DNA from: Wolbachia endosymbiont of Drosophila innubila
Lineage (GTDB): Bacteria > Pseudomonadota > Alphaproteobacteria > Rickettsiales > Anaplasmataceae
NCBI RefSeq assembly: GCF_021378375.1
Contig: NZ_CP076228.1
Span: 540,001 to 572,000 of the forward strand
Reading direction: 5' to 3'
DNA: 32,000 bases
Below the pieces are notes generated by a model, which was given only the letters and a program-made list of their open reading frames with translations, was not told the DNA's origin and ran no database searches. The position numbers and the translations under genes are program-made. Shown one piece after another: positions 29,596-32,000 of this stretch. How positions within the stretch are numbered: position 1 is the first letter of the stretch; the number at the start of each line of letters is the position of its first letter.

Positions 29596-30330
29596 ATGTT
29601 TGGATTGGAAAGCAGAAAGTTCCTGATTACTGGTGCATCAGGCGGAATAGGGCAAGCAATTGTAAAAATTATGCACAAAGCCGGAGCAACTTTATGTGTT
29701 TCTGGCACAAAAAAAGAAGCACTCGAAGAAGTTGCTAAACAATATGAAAAAAATATGCACGTACTCCCTTGTGATTTATCAAATGCTGAGGAAGTAAATC
29801 AACTAGTAAACAGAGCAAGTGAGTTGATGGAAGGCTTTGACGGACTTGTATGCAACGCGGGCATTACGCAAGACAGTTTATTATTGAGAATGACAGATGA
29901 AACATGGCAAAAAGTAATTGATATTAACTTGAGTTCTACATTTAAGCTGAGTAGAGAAGCATGCAGGAAACTAATTAAGAATAATTGGGGAAGAATTATA
30001 AATATTTCCTCAATAATAGGGCTGACAGGAAACGCCGGGCAAGCAAATTATGCAGCGTCTAAAGCTGGAATAATAGCTATGAGCAAATCTATAGCAAAAG
30101 AAGTTGCAAGTCGTAATATAACAGTAAATTGTATTGCTCCTGGGTTTATAGATACTAAAATGACTGAAGTTTTAAATGAAGTGCAAAAGGGAAAAATATT
30201 AGATAATATTCCAATGAAAAGAATGGGAACAGGGGAAGAAATAGCAGCAGGGGTCTTATTTTTAGCAAGTGATGAAGCAAAATATATAACAGGGCATGTG
30301 CTTAACATTAATGGTGGGTTATTTATGTAG
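29596..30330 (+). CDS. fabG: 3-oxoacyl-[acyl-carrier-protein] reductase
   Basis: 244 aa SDR: ITGASGGIGQAI, LVCNAGITQDSLLLRM, INISSIIGLTGNAGQANYAASKAG, LFLASDEAKYITGHVLNINGGLFM. Confidence 0.95.
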   Translation: MFGLESRKFLITGASGGIGQAIVKIMHKAGATLCVSGTKKEALEEVAKQYEKNMHVLPCDLSNAEEVNQLVNRASELMEGFDGLVCNAGITQDSLLLRMTDETWQKVIDINLSSTFKLSREACRKLIKNNWGRIINISSIIGLTGNAGQANYAASKAGIIAMSKSIAKEVASRNITVNCIAPGFIDTKMTEVLNEVQKGKILDNIPMKRMGTGEEIAAGVLFLASDEAKYITGHVLNINGGLFM

Positions 30331-30425
30331 CAACACTTATGTATGGACAAATTATAATTTTTACTTTAAAATAAAAATATGTGTAGGTGTAGGTTTACGT
30401 TAATTTATTATTTAGAGGCAAAAAA

Positions 30426-30761
30426 ATGAGCTCTATAATGGAATTTTTTAGTGTTTTTTGCGTAGTATTGCTTTTCTCTTTCTCAGGTTATGCAGCTGAC
30501 CCTGATATGGATGACACAACTAAAGTAATATGCAATATTATTGGTTATGTTTGGGGGATAGGCGGTCCACTTATGACGGTAGTAATAATTGGTGCAGCTT
30601 TGCTTGCAATATTTGGCAGGATGCCGTGGCCAGCCCTCTTTGCTCTTGGCATGTTCTGTGGTGTATTTTTTGGCGCTAAAACTATCATAACGAAAATTAT
30701 GCCCAATGTAAGCGATGAAGCAAAAGCTATGTTGGAAAATTGTGGAAAGAGAAACCCATAA
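30426..30761 (+). CDS. virB2: TrbC/VirB2-family type IV secretion pilin-like protein
   Basis: 111 aa with signal peptide/TM, then VICNIIGYVWGIGGPLMTVVIIGAALLAIFGRMPWPALFALGMFCGVFFGAKTIITKI. Confidence 0.82.
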   Translation: MSSIMEFFSVFCVVLLFSFSGYAADPDMDDTTKVICNIIGYVWGIGGPLMTVVIIGAALLAIFGRMPWPALFALGMFCGVFFGAKTIITKIMPNVSDEAKAMLENCGKRNP

Positions 30762-30805
30762 AAGTACAGAAATGCTTTTTTGTTATCCATTAAATCGCTT
30801 CATAT

Positions 30806-32000
30806 CTTCAACTTGCAACAAATAAGGGCTATCTTTTGGTAAAGTTTTAACAGCTAGCTCAGCATATTTTGTAAATTGCTTTAGAGGTTGTCCGGAAACA
30901 AGTAAAAGGCTATAATATCTGAAATTTTAGTACGGGTAAAGATGAGAAAAAAGTATCCAACAGATCTAAGCGAAAGGGAATGGGCAAGAATAGAAAAACA
31001 CTTCAGAGTATCATACAAGAAAGGAGGAAGGCTGCCAAAGTATAGCAAAAAAGAAATATTAGAAGCAATTTTCTATGTATTGCGTACAGGGTGTCAATGG
31101 CGGTATTTACCAAATGATTTTCCGCTATGGAAGACTGTGTATGAGCAGTTCAGGCAATGGAAGAAGCAGGGAATTTTTGAGAAAATGAATTATGAAATTA
31201 CAAAATATAGTAGAAGAAAAATAGGAAAGAATGAGCAGCCGAGTGCCTGTATAGTAGATAGTCAATCTGTAAAGACTACAGAAAAGGGGGATCAAAGCTA
31301 TGATGGAAGTAAAAAAGTAAAGGGTAGAAAAAGGCATATAATTACAGACACTCAGGGTTTTATACTAGGTTGTTACGTAGGCGCTGCTAACGAAAATGAT
31401 AGAGATGGTATTAAAATAGCATTAAACAATATGAGAACAAAATATACTAAAGTTAAAAATGTGGGCTGACATGGGATACCAAGGAAGAAATTTAAAGAAT
31501 CACATAAAGGAAGAATATGACATAGATATTGAAATTGTTAAAAGGCCTCCATGTAGATTTTGGGTGCACAAAGATACGCCACCTGAGCTACTACCAACAA
31601 GAGAACAAGGGTTTAAAGTACAGCCAAGAAGATGGGTTGTAGAAAGGACTTTTGCTTGGGTTAATAGGAATAGAAGGCTATCGAAGGAGTATGATTTACT
31701 CACAACATCCACTGAGAATTTCATATACCTAGCTATGAGTAGGGTTATGTTAAAGAGGGAATATGCTTGAATTTACTTGTTTCCGGACAACCTCTAAAAT
31801 CTCCTTCAATACAAGCCTTTTTTGTCAAAGCAAAATAATGCATTGCCGTATCAGCGTCACATTTATATGCAACGCTTAAATATTTCCAGACAAAAGCGTT
31901 ATTTGGTTCTACATTCAAAATCTGCTCCAGGTAAAAAATTGCCTTTTTTGCATCACCGTGTAATAATAAAGTATGAGATAATGCAAGTTTCACTAAATAA
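30806..32000 (-). pseudogene. TPR-containing C-terminal region, possibly a BepA-like/M48 metalloprotease, interrupted by ISWpi1 copy 3
   Basis: 31993-31797 gives HGDAKKAIFYLEQILNVEPNNAFVWKYLSVAYKCDADTAMHYFALTKKACIEGDF. Left of the IS the frame continues KQFTKYAELAVKTLPKDSPYCCKLKI*. Confidence 0.6.
30884..31794 (+). mobile_element. ISWpi1-like IS5-family element, copy 3 (longest first ORF; transposase split into two ORFs)
   Basis: Same terminal repeats as copies 1 and 2. ORF 30942-31469 and overlapping ORF 31459-31770 in another frame. Confidence 0.9.

Noticed and set aside
20920-31724. Identical 74 aa minus-strand ORF occurring three times (20920, 26323, 31500)
   Set aside because: It is simply the antisense of the ISWpi1 transposase in each copy, not a repeated gene family.
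1-32000. CRISPR array, tRNA or rRNA genes
   Set aside because: No regularly spaced short repeats and no recognisable tRNA or rRNA sequence were noticed by reading; a tool scan would be needed for certainty.

Overview
This window looks like a degenerate Wolbachia-type prophage WO segment followed by an insertion-sequence-rich zone and then chromosomal genes; all assignments are from sequence recognition, with no database search. Positions 1-16.5 kb hold a RepA-like ATPase fragment, a TOPRIM primase/helicase, tail/tail-fibre structural genes, a P2-like contractile tail module (sheath, tube, chaperone/tape measure, U, X, D), a RelB/RelE-like toxin-antitoxin pair, an ankyrin protein and a patatin-like phospholipase. 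From 16.5 to 27.7 kb lie a two-unit HTH regulator split by nested IS elements (an IS4-like element inside the terminal repeat of an IS256-like element), ISWpi1-like IS5 copies, an Rpn/PD-(D/E)XK gene, an IS903-like IS5 element, a truncated group II intron and a truncated IS3 element. From 27.8 to 32 kb lie an HlyD-family adaptor, fabG, a VirB2-like pilin and a TPR gene interrupted by a third ISWpi1 copy. The most notable observations are: (1) an apparent in-frame fusion of the tail assembly chaperone gpE N-terminus to the tape measure protein; (2) nested IS insertions whose duplications can be read exactly, so that in-silico excision restores the HTH gene; (3) a C-terminal motif shared between the HTH regulator and the Rpn-family protein; (4) repeated 1-nt indels, mostly in homopolymers, which are either pseudogenisation or assembly error. 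I found no convincing evidence for a wholly new biological system.
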